NCBI GenBank assembly: GCA_018238155.1
Contig: JABCTZ010000022.1
Span: 32,001-96,000, forward strand
Source: Candidatus Heimdallarchaeota archaeon
Lineage (GTDB): Archaea; Asgardarchaeota; Heimdallarchaeia; JABLTI01
Length of the DNA: 64,000 nt
Direction of reading: 5' to 3'
Translations under genes and position numbers: made by a program
The notes under the pieces: model-generated
The model's database searches: none
What the model saw: the letters and a program-made list of their open reading frames with translations, nothing else
What the model was told of the DNA's origin: nothing
Shown here: in pieces, positions 1 to 9,803 of the stretch
Numbering within the stretch: the first letter of the stretch is position 1
How the letters are laid out: each line of letters opens with the position of its first letter

Positions 1-1
1 A

Positions 2-1648
2 ATTAAAGAGTTAATTACTCAGCTTAATTCTCATTCTTGGTCAAGTAAAAGAGAAGATGCTGCTTGGGAACTAGGAGAATATAAAAAAGAAGCACTCATA
101 GCTGTTCCTAGTTTAATAGAAGCTTTAAAAGACAAATCAAGTGATGTTCAATTTTATGCTGCTGAAGCATTAGGAAAAATAGGTTCAGAGAAAGGGCTAA
201 AACCTCTACAGAAGCTTATTTTTGAAGAAGAATACAATATGGTTTTACAAACTCAATGTTTACTTTCTATTGCTATGATTAGAACTGATAAAGCAAGAGA
301 TTTTTTGATGAGCATAATAAGAAATACTGATTATTGCCCAGTTTTAAGGAGCGATGCTACAATAGCTTTGGGAAGGATGCGCTCAAAAGTTAAAAATGAA
401 AGGTTAAAACTAATTAAAATTTTTAATATCGAAGAAGAAGATTTGGTAAAAGAAGAAATAATTACAACTATTGGAAAAAGCTGTACTAGAGATAAAAGAG
501 TAATTAATTTTTTGATTGAAATCATTCTAAATTCGAACCTAAGATGGCAATTTAGAAATAGAGCTGTTGAAGCACTTGGTAGACTATATGCAATAAATGC
601 ATATAAAGAAATATGTCAGGTGCTTGTTTTTGATCAAAGCGATTATGCTCGAAATACCGCAGCTAAAACAATTAAACGATTGAGTCTACACTTCTGGGAG
701 AAGCATGATGATATAGTTCTTAAATTAATTTTAAGCACTTTTCTAGCTTATGCATTAGAAGCTACTAAATTAGAAAAAAGTAACCTTGTATTTAACCAAC
801 TCGAGAAAACAATTACTAAATTTGCAGAAAGATTGGATGACGAAACTTTTGAAGAATTAGATGAAATTACCAAGAATATTTTGGATGAAGTAAATGAATT
901 AACAGAAGAAGATTTGAATGAAATATTATCAATATATTTTGAATTAGATGAGATACCTGAAGAAGATGTTTATGACGAACAAGATGATAATACTGACTAT
1001 GATGACCTCGAGATAGAGAGAAAAATCATCACTAATAAATTTCCAATTAAAGTACTATTCTTAGGAGCTGCTCCGAGTGATCAAAATAATTTATATCATA
1101 AGAGGGAACTAAATTTAATTAAAAACCGTATACAATCAAAACCTGGTTTTCTAATTCTCCCTAAATTTGGAGTCTCCATTGGAGAATTCATTAATATTCT
1201 TCAAAATGAACTACCAATAATTCTACATTTCTCTGCTCATGGTTCATATGGTGAATTAATACTAGAGGATGAAGAAACAAGACAATCGGATAGCATTTCT
1301 ATAAATAAAATTGCTTCTGTAATAAAAGTCCACAATCAAAAGAAATCAGAAAATAGAATTTCTATTGTTGTTTTTAGCTCATGTGATTCAGATTTTGATG
1401 CAACAGAAATAGCTAATCATGTAGATTGTGTAGTGACAATGACCGATTCCATTAAAATTGTTGATGCAAATAATTTTGCAGTTGGTTTTTATGAATCAAT
1501 CTGTAATGGCGAAGATATTGAATCAGCATTTAAAATTGGACTAGCATTGATAGATGAGGATGAAAAACCTATACCGAAATTATTGCCTGAAAACAAAGAC
1601 TTTGGTCTAGTACATCTTGTTGATAAAGAAGATGTTAATGGGATTTAA
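2..1648 (+). CDS. HEAT-repeat protein with C-terminal CHAT (caspase-fold) domain; 5'-partial
   Basis: Frame is open from base 2, upstream of the ORF-track ATG at 239, and encodes REDAAWELG and AAEALGKIG HEAT repeats. An acidic linker is followed by KVLFLGAAP...ILHFSAHG...VVFSSCDS, the CHAT His/Cys dyad motifs. Confidence 0.8.
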   Translation: MKELITQLNSHSWSSKREDAAWELGEYKKEALIAVPSLIEALKDKSSDVQFYAAEALGKIGSEKGLKPLQKLIFEEEYNMVLQTQCLLSIAMIRTDKARDFLMSIIRNTDYCPVLRSDATIALGRMRSKVKNERLKLIKIFNIEEEDLVKEEIITTIGKSCTRDKRVINFLIEIILNSNLRWQFRNRAVEALGRLYAINAYKEICQVLVFDQSDYARNTAAKTIKRLSLHFWEKHDDIVLKLILSTFLAYALEATKLEKSNLVFNQLEKTITKFAERLDDETFEELDEITKNILDEVNELTEEDLNEILSIYFELDEIPEEDVYDEQDDNTDYDDLEIERKIITNKFPIKVLFLGAAPSDQNNLYHKRELNLIKNRIQSKPGFLILPKFGVSIGEFINILQNELPIILHFSAHGSYGELILEDEETRQSDSISINKIASVIKVHNQKKSENRISIVVFSSCDSDFDATEIANHVDCVVTMTDSIKIVDANNFAVGFYESICNGEDIESAFKIGLALIDEDEKPIPKLLPENKDFGLVHLVDKEDVNGI

Positions 1649-1772
1649 AAAAAATTAACCCATGCTCCAAATAGGATCTATTAGTCATCAAAAAAAGTAT
1701 TAGTTCAACTAAATTTTACAAAGGAAAATTAGAAGTTTATTAAGGTAAAAAACTACAATAATATGGTTAATT

Positions 1773-3140
1773 ATGACTCAACCATTAAACTGGAAGACAG
1801 ACGCATTATTACGAGAAGATACTCTAAATACCCTCCTAGAGAATGGTGAGACTAAGGATGAAAAAGAACGACTGAATGATCAACCCCTGGCGAATTTTTA
1901 CGGAATACTCATAAAAAAGCTAGAGTTTAGCCAAAATAACACTCTCCTTACAACTGCTAGAATCCTCCCACGAATGCCATATCTGCCTTTGAATCACTAT
2001 CCCTTCCTTAAAGAAGAATTAACAGACCATAATTGGCTAATAGCTGAAAAGGTTCGAGACTATTTCTATGGGTCAGCAATGATGGATAATTCGATTAGGG
2101 GTTGGAAGCAGAGGATAGATCGCTATGTGGAGAAAGGAGCTATCCCCTTACCAATGCTACGAGGAGATGAAACGCTCTGGCAACAACTGATAGAGCAAGT
2201 ATTACAAAAACAACAGATAACCATACAATCAGCAAAAGGAGAAAGGTCGATCATACCACTAGCGCTGAGAGAAAAGCTGGTCTACCTCCTTGGAATAATA
2301 GATGGGGACGGACACCTGTCAAAACACCAAGTGCATATCGTGGACTATTCGAAGAAACAGATAGAACAGCTGCAAAGTTTCTTTCAAGAACTGTTCGGGA
2401 TTACAGGAGACATCCGGAAGGGAAACAATGGAAACTATTACATCCTCCTAGTCAATGGGAAATGGATCGTCCGACTAGTTAGTTTCATTACCGGACACAC
2501 CCTCGGACGAAAATATGAGTCCCTACGGGAACCGCTCATCTTGCAAAGACCACCTTTCCAGCACATCCGAGGTGCCTATTGGCGAGGGATGTTTGATGCG
2601 GATGCGAGCTATAAACAAGCATTGGTTTTTTGTACAATCTCCGAAAAATTGGCAGATGATTTAAATAAATATCTGATTTCGTTAGGGGTTAATTGTGTGA
2701 AAAATGAAAATATCCATGGTTATACCATTTATGTCAATGCTGATTCCAGACAGATTGTTTATGATATAGTTAGTAGCTGGCATCCAGAAAAACTAGTAGA
2801 GTTTCAACAATTAGTGACTAGAAATTGGTACGGATCACTTTCTCTTTTTCATGGTCTTCAATTTGAAAATATGATTGATTCAGATTACTTTAACTTTTGT
2901 AAGCTTCCAGGAAGAATCAGACTTATTAATGGAGGAAAAGTAATTAAAAAATTACGGGAACAAATGTGTTGGACACAAAATGAATTAGCTGATGAATTAG
3001 CAGTCAGTTTGTCATCAATAAGTAAGTATGAGCAACTAAAGATAAATCCGAGAATGGCTTTGTTAACAAAGCTTTTTACTATTTGTGGAATCCTTTCTGC
3101 ATTGGAAAGAATGCGATACTTTGAAAGAAATAGTTTGTAG
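1773..3140 (+). CDS. Free-standing double-LAGLIDADG protein with XRE-type HTH; frame continues past the TAG to 3386
   Basis: YLLGIIDGDGH and YWRGMFDADAS motifs; IKKLREQMCWTQNELADELAVSLSSISKYE is an HTH_3-like motif. No intein splice motifs seen. Confidence 0.75.
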   Translation: MTQPLNWKTDALLREDTLNTLLENGETKDEKERLNDQPLANFYGILIKKLEFSQNNTLLTTARILPRMPYLPLNHYPFLKEELTDHNWLIAEKVRDYFYGSAMMDNSIRGWKQRIDRYVEKGAIPLPMLRGDETLWQQLIEQVLQKQQITIQSAKGERSIIPLALREKLVYLLGIIDGDGHLSKHQVHIVDYSKKQIEQLQSFFQELFGITGDIRKGNNGNYYILLVNGKWIVRLVSFITGHTLGRKYESLREPLILQRPPFQHIRGAYWRGMFDADASYKQALVFCTISEKLADDLNKYLISLGVNCVKNENIHGYTIYVNADSRQIVYDIVSSWHPEKLVEFQQLVTRNWYGSLSLFHGLQFENMIDSDYFNFCKLPGRIRLINGGKVIKKLREQMCWTQNELADELAVSLSSISKYEQLKINPRMALLTKLFTICGILSALERMRYFERNSL

Positions 3141-3391
3141 CATTTTACTTTTCAAAAAAAAGCTGCTAGATTACCTTATCAAGCCTCTACAGAGGTTTAT
3201 GAAGTAATGGCTTTTGTGCACCCTCGAGCAAATAATATTGTTGTTTCATTATCAAACAAAAAAGAAATTGATCAATTAATTATGACTCACTTCAACGTTA
3301 CATTTCCAAAAGATACTAATTATTTGAAAAATTTGACTCTTAATTCTTTCTTAATGACTTTTGGCCATTACTCTTCACGCAGATAGTTTTG

Positions 3392-3688
3392 TTAATCCTT
3401 TTCATTGAAAAGATCATTTTTTATTGCTAGTATATGTTGCGAGACTTTTTTACCAAGAATAGTTAATGTGATAATCCTTTGATTGTAGTTTTTCTCTCTT
3501 TTATCAGTAACTAAGCCATTTAGTACTAAACACATTATTCCATTGCTTATAGCAAGTTGACCAATTGAGGGTATTTCTTTTATAATTTGGGAAATATTCA
3601 GACCTTTTTCTTTAGTTAATAAAAGGATTAGAATTGCTGGAACTCCTTTTGTTGATATACAGCTAAGTACTTCTTGCCATGTTGTCAT
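3392..3688 (-). CDS. Small winged-helix (HxlR/MarR-like) regulator
   Basis: 98 aa with ILILLL...LNISQI...LVLNGLV...ITLTILGKKV wHTH pattern; divergent from the large nuclease-like gene. Confidence 0.6.
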   Translation of the reverse strand: MTTWQEVLSCISTKGVPAILILLLTKEKGLNISQIIKEIPSIGQLAISNGIMCLVLNGLVTDKREKNYNQRIITLTILGKKVSQHILAIKNDLFNEKD

Positions 3689-3748
3689 TTAGATCTTCCT
3701 GTTCTTTAATTAAACATCTAAATCCCCCTTAATAAAGTCGCTGTCAAG

Positions 3749-6430
3749 ATGTTTCTGACTTTTACAAAAGTCAAGGAGTTTATATACTCCAAGAGATACT
3801 ATTTTATGATAAAAATGGTTAGTCTCTTAAAAAATCGTACAGAACCCTGTAGTAATCAAACAATTGAAGAAAAGAAACTTGAAGGAAGCTCCAAAGTGGA
3901 CTTTTCTAAAGGAGCATCAATTACAATAAGCATAACAAGTACTGGTTATATAATTATCAATTCAGCAATAAATTCATCGGGAACAATACAGTCTAAGCGA
4001 TTAAGCCAACTTCTTGATTTGTCATCATTTTATGGAGACTACTACAAAATAAAAGCACGTTTAACAAATTTGAGTAATGAACAAGATCAAGAAACAATAG
4101 ACATTAAATTACGAGAAATTATTAAACAATCTCGAGGCAAAAAGCGACCAACGATAGCTATCACAGGGAAGAGAATTTTTCAAGCACAGTCAAAAAGCAT
4201 TGCTTTAGAGTTTAAACCAACGACTGAAATTCAATCACAACTTTTTAAATGGATTTTCAAAATAGGTTCATTAGGCTATGATCTTAGTAAGTTAGACTCT
4301 TTTCTTAGTTATCAAAACAAATATTTAACGTTACAAACAAAAGTGGACTTTATCCAAAAATTTTATCTCTTTTTAAAGAACAAGTCTTCCATCAAACCTC
4401 TAATAATCGTCCCTTCAGTAAAAAAAGAAAACTATTCTATAGAATTCTATGATTGTCCATGGTTGAGTTTTGCGTTTAGTGTTGGTGAGAGTATATCACG
4501 GTACATCTCTATTCCAAAGCTTGTTAGCGAGTTTCTCCCTGAAAAAAATCTTTACCAAGCGATTATTAGAGATGAGAAATTAGGTATAGTTAAAATTCGT
4601 CGAAATAAAAAGCAAATGGTTTTTAATGCTCCAACAAAAATAGCTACTGGAAATAAGATCTACCTTTTAACCACTCACTCTACAAACACTCTCTATCAAC
4701 ATTTTGTGCAATTTATACAACAGGGTGGTGACTATCGAACTTTTCTAGCTTATATCTCTTATAGAAACATCATGGAAAATGACAAGGATTTACTAGAAAA
4801 TCATTCAAATATAATTTCTCAAGTATTTACTGATATCTTCAACTCAAAAACAATAATCCCCTTCCGTGAATGTTTTGCTAAAAGTAATCCACACGCAAAT
4901 CAGTCGTTCCATTATTTCCTTCAGCGATTGTTCCATTCTGTCCAAAAACGAAACACTTCGGAAGAAGCTTTTTTCTTTTTTCCAGAAGCCTTAATTATCA
5001 ATCACAGTGGTTCCTCCCAAAAAGTAGTTGATTGGTTAATGATTCATTACAAACGACACTTTTTTATTAGAACACACGTGATTGAATTAAAAAGCTCAAA
5101 TAGTAATGAACAAACTCGCTTTTTACAATCAGCAATAGCAGAATATGCTGTTCTCCAAAGTAAGTTCCCTTCTTTACATTCAGGCTTTATTATCGTCAGC
5201 TGGTTATTGGACAAAGATAAATGGGATTTGTATGCTCAAAAATTTTCAATAAAGTTACTTGATTCAGCAGATATTTATCAAGCAATCATAAACCAACAAA
5301 TCAATTCATTTTTTCCCCTTGAAGATACTGGCATTCTTCCTCAATCAACTCTTACACCAGCAGAAATTGTTGACCAATGGATTGCTTCCGGTATCATCAA
5401 AAAATGCGAACTCGATTCATATGTTTTTCAAACTGCTATTCAAACCCAACATTTGTTAAACCTTTTGAGCTATTTAGCTATTACTGTGAATAATCCCAGT
5501 TCGGAATTGTACAGGAAAAAATACATTACATTATCTACTCCAGCTAAATTATCACTGTTACATTCTTCACTTCAACAAAGCACTATACTTATCCTTCAAG
5601 AGGAATTATCCCATTGCACTGCTCGTTTAAAACAATTGACTCAATTATCTGGTTTTCCTTCTAATGACTCCCAAAAGCATTCCCATTCCAAAGTTTGTGA
5701 TCGTCGAAGAGACACCACAAATATTACATATTTACAACGTATTAAACATGAGCTTCAAAAATTAATCTCATGTGAACCTTACTGGCGAGACCATTTCCGT
5801 CCTGTTTGTATAAAAATGCTTTTTGATGATAACAATCTAGGTTACGAATTTGAAGAATTCGTCGCGCAATATTTCTCACAGAACAACTATGTTACTATCC
5901 AACACGCTTCAGTTATGGTTGGTAATTATCCTCGAGAAATAGATTTACTAGCTTTTGGACAAAAGGCTGATTTGTCTGTGGAGCGAATGGTAATCTCTTG
6001 TTCAGATAATTCTCACTATGAGTCAAAATTTAGCTATGCAAAAAAGACTATTCTTTCTCGATTGAATGAAGTAGAACAATTTAAGAGAATTTGTTCATTT
6101 ACGAAGTGTTATCTCTTTGTGCGAGTTGCCAATAAAGTTCAACAGCAAGTGGTGGAAGAGTGGACAAAAGAGAGTGAAGAAGTAACAGTAGTAATAGTCA
6201 TAAAAGATGAAATAGTAAACAGTGAGGAAATCTTAAAGAAATGTCATAGGGAGGTCTCTTTCGAATCTATATATATAGTAAGACTATTTTTCGGAGGATT
6301 TATTTTATATGTTTACAGAAAAGTATCCATTAAGATAGAGACTATCGAAAAGAAAAAAGAAGAGAAAAAAGACTCACAAAAGAGTCTTTACAGATATTAT
6401 TTACGGCTACCATTGTTGATAACTGCTTGA
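3749..6430 (+). CDS. Large hypothetical protein with PD-(D/E)XK restriction-endonuclease-like domains
   Basis: VVDWL...HVIELKS centrally and GYEFEEFVAQYF...REIDLLA (Mrr-cat-like) near the C-terminus. The last ~70 aa run into the ppdK 3' end and may be spurious. Confidence 0.5.
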   Translation: MFLTFTKVKEFIYSKRYYFMIKMVSLLKNRTEPCSNQTIEEKKLEGSSKVDFSKGASITISITSTGYIIINSAINSSGTIQSKRLSQLLDLSSFYGDYYKIKARLTNLSNEQDQETIDIKLREIIKQSRGKKRPTIAITGKRIFQAQSKSIALEFKPTTEIQSQLFKWIFKIGSLGYDLSKLDSFLSYQNKYLTLQTKVDFIQKFYLFLKNKSSIKPLIIVPSVKKENYSIEFYDCPWLSFAFSVGESISRYISIPKLVSEFLPEKNLYQAIIRDEKLGIVKIRRNKKQMVFNAPTKIATGNKIYLLTTHSTNTLYQHFVQFIQQGGDYRTFLAYISYRNIMENDKDLLENHSNIISQVFTDIFNSKTIIPFRECFAKSNPHANQSFHYFLQRLFHSVQKRNTSEEAFFFFPEALIINHSGSSQKVVDWLMIHYKRHFFIRTHVIELKSSNSNEQTRFLQSAIAEYAVLQSKFPSLHSGFIIVSWLLDKDKWDLYAQKFSIKLLDSADIYQAIINQQINSFFPLEDTGILPQSTLTPAEIVDQWIASGIIKKCELDSYVFQTAIQTQHLLNLLSYLAITVNNPSSELYRKKYITLSTPAKLSLLHSSLQQSTILILQEELSHCTARLKQLTQLSGFPSNDSQKHSHSKVCDRRRDTTNITYLQRIKHELQKLISCEPYWRDHFRPVCIKMLFDDNNLGYEFEEFVAQYFSQNNYVTIQHASVMVGNYPREIDLLAFGQKADLSVERMVISCSDNSHYESKFSYAKKTILSRLNEVEQFKRICSFTKCYLFVRVANKVQQQVVEEWTKESEEVTVVIVIKDEIVNSEEILKKCHREVSFESIYIVRLFFGGFILYVYRKVSIKIETIEKKKEEKKDSQKSLYRYYLRLPLLITA

Positions 6431-9099
6431 GCAGCAGCTAATCGAGCAACGGGAACTCGTAGAGGAGAGCAGGAAACATAGTCTAAGTTGGATCGATAGC
6501 AGAAATCAATGGATTTAGGATCACCGCCATGCTCACCGCATATACCAAACTCAATATCAGGATTGACAGACTTAGCACTAGAACAAGACATAGCGAGGAG
6601 CTTACCAACACCTGCTTGATCAATAGTAACAAATGGATCTTCGTCAAAAATACCCAACTCAATATAGAGAGGAATGAATTTACCAGCATCATCTCTTGAA
6701 AAGCCAATCGAGGTCTGGGTTAAATCATTAGTTCCAGCCGATGCAAAGGAAATTCCCGCTTTAGCAAGTTCATCAGACAGGAGTGCAGCTCGTGGCAATT
6801 CTATCATTGTACCTACTTTGAATTTTTCTAGTATTACCTTTGTTTCTTTCTCTACGTCTGCTTTCACTTTCATGATCATGTCTCTGGCAATTTCGAATTC
6901 TTTTACGAAAGCTACCACTGGAATCATGATTTCAGGATAGACTGAGACACCTTCTTTCTGCACATTAGTAGCTGCTTCGAGAATGGCTCTTGCCTGCATT
7001 TCAATAAGTTCAGGAATGCCTAAACAAAGGCGTACACCACGGTAGCCAAGCATAGGATTTTGTTCGCGCAGTTTTATTAGCTCGGCAAGTAGCTTCACTT
7101 TTTCAGATTCTTTTGGTAGTTTTTCTTTCCAGATTTCTTCTCTTAGTTCGATTTCATTTGGTAAGAATTCGTGTAGTGGTGGATCGATTAGCCTGATTAT
7201 TACCGGGAATCCTTTTGCTTCTCTGAATATCCCTTCAAAGTCTTCTCTTTGGAATGGTAGTAGGTCGAAGACATGTTTTCTTCTTTCTTCTGGGTTGTCT
7301 CTTGCGAGGATCATTTTTTGAACTATTGGCAGTCTATCTTTTTCCATGAACATATGTTCTGTTCTTGTTAGCCCAATTCCTAGTGCTCCGTAATCGATTG
7401 CTACTTTTGTTTGATCTGGTGTATCAGCGTTTGCTCTTACATGGAATCCTTTTCCTTCTTTCAGTGCTATTTCGTCTGCCCATTTTAGTATTGTTTTCAT
7501 TTCTTCGGACAATTTAGATTTCTTTAGCGGTAGTTTTCCTATGTAAGCTAAAGCATCAAATCCGTCTAGTGTCATCCACTCTCCTTCTTTGATGGTTAGG
7601 CCATTCATTCCTTCTAGCGCTGTTTTTGTTATGTGTATTCCTGACACATCTCCTGCTCCTGCTATGCAAGTTGTTCCTATTTGTCTTGAAACTACTGCTG
7701 CGTGTGATGTCATTCCTCCGCGAGCGGTAATTATTCCTTCACTTGCTGCCATCCCATGGAAATCTTCTGGCGTTGTTTCTTCGCTTACGAGTATTATTTT
7801 GTTTCCTTTTTCTGCTTCCTCTTTTGCTCTATCTGCAGTGAACATTGCTATTCCTGCTGCTGCTCCTGGGCTTGCCGGTAACCCTTTCGCCAATATTTTC
7901 GTTTGTACTTCTTTCCCATCGATCATAACTGTTTTTTCTTTTGGATTTTTCCATTCTATTTGTGGGAATAGCGAATTTTCTACATCTCTTGGTGTTACTC
8001 TGCTTACTGCTGTTCTCTTGTCAATCATGCCTTCTTTCTCGAGGTCAAAAGCAATCTTTGCTGCAGCTATACCTGTTCTCTTTCCGGTTCTTGTTTGCAG
8101 AATGTAGAATACTCCTTGTTGAATTGTGAATTCAATGTCTTGAATATCAGCATAATGTTTCTCCAATTTTTCACATATTTCATCGAAGATTTTGTACATT
8201 TCAGGCATTTCATCTTTCAATTTTGAAATTGGGTTTGGTGTTCTAACCCCTGCAACGACGTCCTCTCCTTGTGCTTGAATGAGGTATTCACCGTATCTGA
8301 CATCCTTTCCATTGGCTGGGTCTCTTGTGAAAGCAACACCTGTTGCGCTTGTCTCTCCTAAATTACCATAAACCATTGTTTGAATGTTTACTGCTGTGCC
8401 AATATCGTGTGGAATTCCTTCGTGATTCCTATAATTGACTGCTCTTTGTGTGTTCCATGATGAGAATACAGCATGAATAGATGCTTCTAGTTGTTCCATT
8501 GGATCTTGTGGGAAATCTTCTCCCAGTGTGTCTTTGTATATTTTCTTGAATTCATTGACAAGTGTTTTTAGGTCATCCGTTGTTAGATCGACGTCTTCTT
8601 TGACTCCTTTCTTCTCTTTCATTTTATCGAGAGCTTCATCGAATTTCTTCTTGCCCACGCCTTTGACGACATCGCCAAACATCATAATGAATCGTCTATA
8701 AGAATCATAAGCAAATCGTTCATCTTCTGAAACTTTTGCTAATCCTTTTACAGCTTTATCATTTAAACCAAGGTTCAGAACGGTATCCATCATTCCAGGC
8801 ATGGATATTCTTGCACCACTTCTTACACTAACTAAGAGTGGGTCTTTTGGGTCACCTAATTTTTTACCCATTTGCTTTTCTAAGTATACTAAAGCTTTCT
8901 TAGTTTCATCCATCATACCCTTTGGAAAAGTATTCTTATTTTCTAGGTAAGCAATACATGTTTCTGTTGTAATCGTAAAACCAGGGGGTATTGGAATTCC
9001 TAAACCAGTCATTTCTGAAAGATTTGCACCTTTTCCTCCGAGAAGATTTTTCATTTCTTTTTTGCCTTCTTCAAAGGAGTAAACATATTTAGTAGCCAT
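6397..9099 (-). CDS. ppdK: Pyruvate phosphate dikinase
   Basis: LLGGKGANL, VSVRSGARISMPGMMDTVLN, GGMTSHAAVV (phospho-His), GICGEHGGDP; 900 aa. Confidence 0.98.
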   Translation of the reverse strand: MATKYVYSFEEGKKEMKNLLGGKGANLSEMTGLGIPIPPGFTITTETCIAYLENKNTFPKGMMDETKKALVYLEKQMGKKLGDPKDPLLVSVRSGARISMPGMMDTVLNLGLNDKAVKGLAKVSEDERFAYDSYRRFIMMFGDVVKGVGKKKFDEALDKMKEKKGVKEDVDLTTDDLKTLVNEFKKIYKDTLGEDFPQDPMEQLEASIHAVFSSWNTQRAVNYRNHEGIPHDIGTAVNIQTMVYGNLGETSATGVAFTRDPANGKDVRYGEYLIQAQGEDVVAGVRTPNPISKLKDEMPEMYKIFDEICEKLEKHYADIQDIEFTIQQGVFYILQTRTGKRTGIAAAKIAFDLEKEGMIDKRTAVSRVTPRDVENSLFPQIEWKNPKEKTVMIDGKEVQTKILAKGLPASPGAAAGIAMFTADRAKEEAEKGNKIILVSEETTPEDFHGMAASEGIITARGGMTSHAAVVSRQIGTTCIAGAGDVSGIHITKTALEGMNGLTIKEGEWMTLDGFDALAYIGKLPLKKSKLSEEMKTILKWADEIALKEGKGFHVRANADTPDQTKVAIDYGALGIGLTRTEHMFMEKDRLPIVQKMILARDNPEERRKHVFDLLPFQREDFEGIFREAKGFPVIIRLIDPPLHEFLPNEIELREEIWKEKLPKESEKVKLLAELIKLREQNPMLGYRGVRLCLGIPELIEMQARAILEAATNVQKEGVSVYPEIMIPVVAFVKEFEIARDMIMKVKADVEKETKVILEKFKVGTMIELPRAALLSDELAKAGISFASAGTNDLTQTSIGFSRDDAGKFIPLYIELGIFDEDPFVTIDQAGVGKLLAMSCSSAKSVNPDIEFGICGEHGGDPKSIDFCYRSNLDYVSCSPLRVPVARLAAAQAVINNGSRK

Positions 9100-9412
9100 T
9101 GTTTCAATTTCTCCTATTAGTATTATTCAATAGTATTTTTTTGGGGGTTCTTTTTGTTCTTTCTTATGTTAACTTTCTTTTCGTGACAACAGTTTTATTG
9201 CCCAAAAGTTTCCAAGCTAATTCCTTACTTATTTTATCTTGAATTAGTTGCAAGTCAGCTATTCGGCAAATTCACTGTGAATAAAAGATTTGTTATTTCA
9301 TTGTTTAATGCCTCTTTCAGTTTAGAAAGTGAATGTTTCTCCACTCTTTTTACTCTTAAAGGTAATTAATGTCCTAACTTTTTAAAAGTATTAATGAAGA
9401 GTATCTATCTAG

Positions 9413-9691
9413 GTGAAAAATATGCCCTATAAAAGATTAGTAGTTGAAGTCGTTTCTCAGGAAGGAAATTGTGCAGCAGGACATAAAGTTGGAGATAAAA
9501 TCATTTTCGAGGATGATGAAATAAAGGGTAAAATCTGTATTACTGCCCTCTATTCTATAATGCCAAAGATATTTGCTATGAAATTTGAAGCAAAATTTCC
9601 TTGGTTAGAAGATAAGGATATTGCCCCCCATGCTTGTCCTGATGGAAATAATCCTGTTATCTTCAAAATAACTCGAGAAGAACTCGAATGA
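9413..9691 (+). CDS. TIGR04076-like small Cys-containing protein
   Basis: GNCAAGHKVGD...KICITAL...ACPDG...VIFKI pattern. Confidence 0.7.
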   Translation: MKNMPYKRLVVEVVSQEGNCAAGHKVGDKIIFEDDEIKGKICITALYSIMPKIFAMKFEAKFPWLEDKDIAPHACPDGNNPVIFKITREELE

Positions 9692-9803
9692 TTTAGTGTT
9701 CTGACAGGCATTATTTTTTTTTCTTTCGAAAAAAATTGAACGAAGAAAAAATAGTGATAATAAAAAAGAAAGAGTGAAAAAGTAACTAATAGTTACTTTT
9801 ATT

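Noticed and set aside
3120-3156. BHB/BHL-like stem around the amber codon of the LAGLIDADG gene
   Set aside because: Canonical cuts would remove 14 nt and shift the frame into a stop, whereas the open continuation is in frame.
6483-8129. Antisense or overlapping ORFs within ppdK, and similar ones in sdhA, glmS, fumarase, psmB and lplA
   Set aside because: Shadow frames of well-supported genes; the A-ending codon bias suppresses antisense stops.
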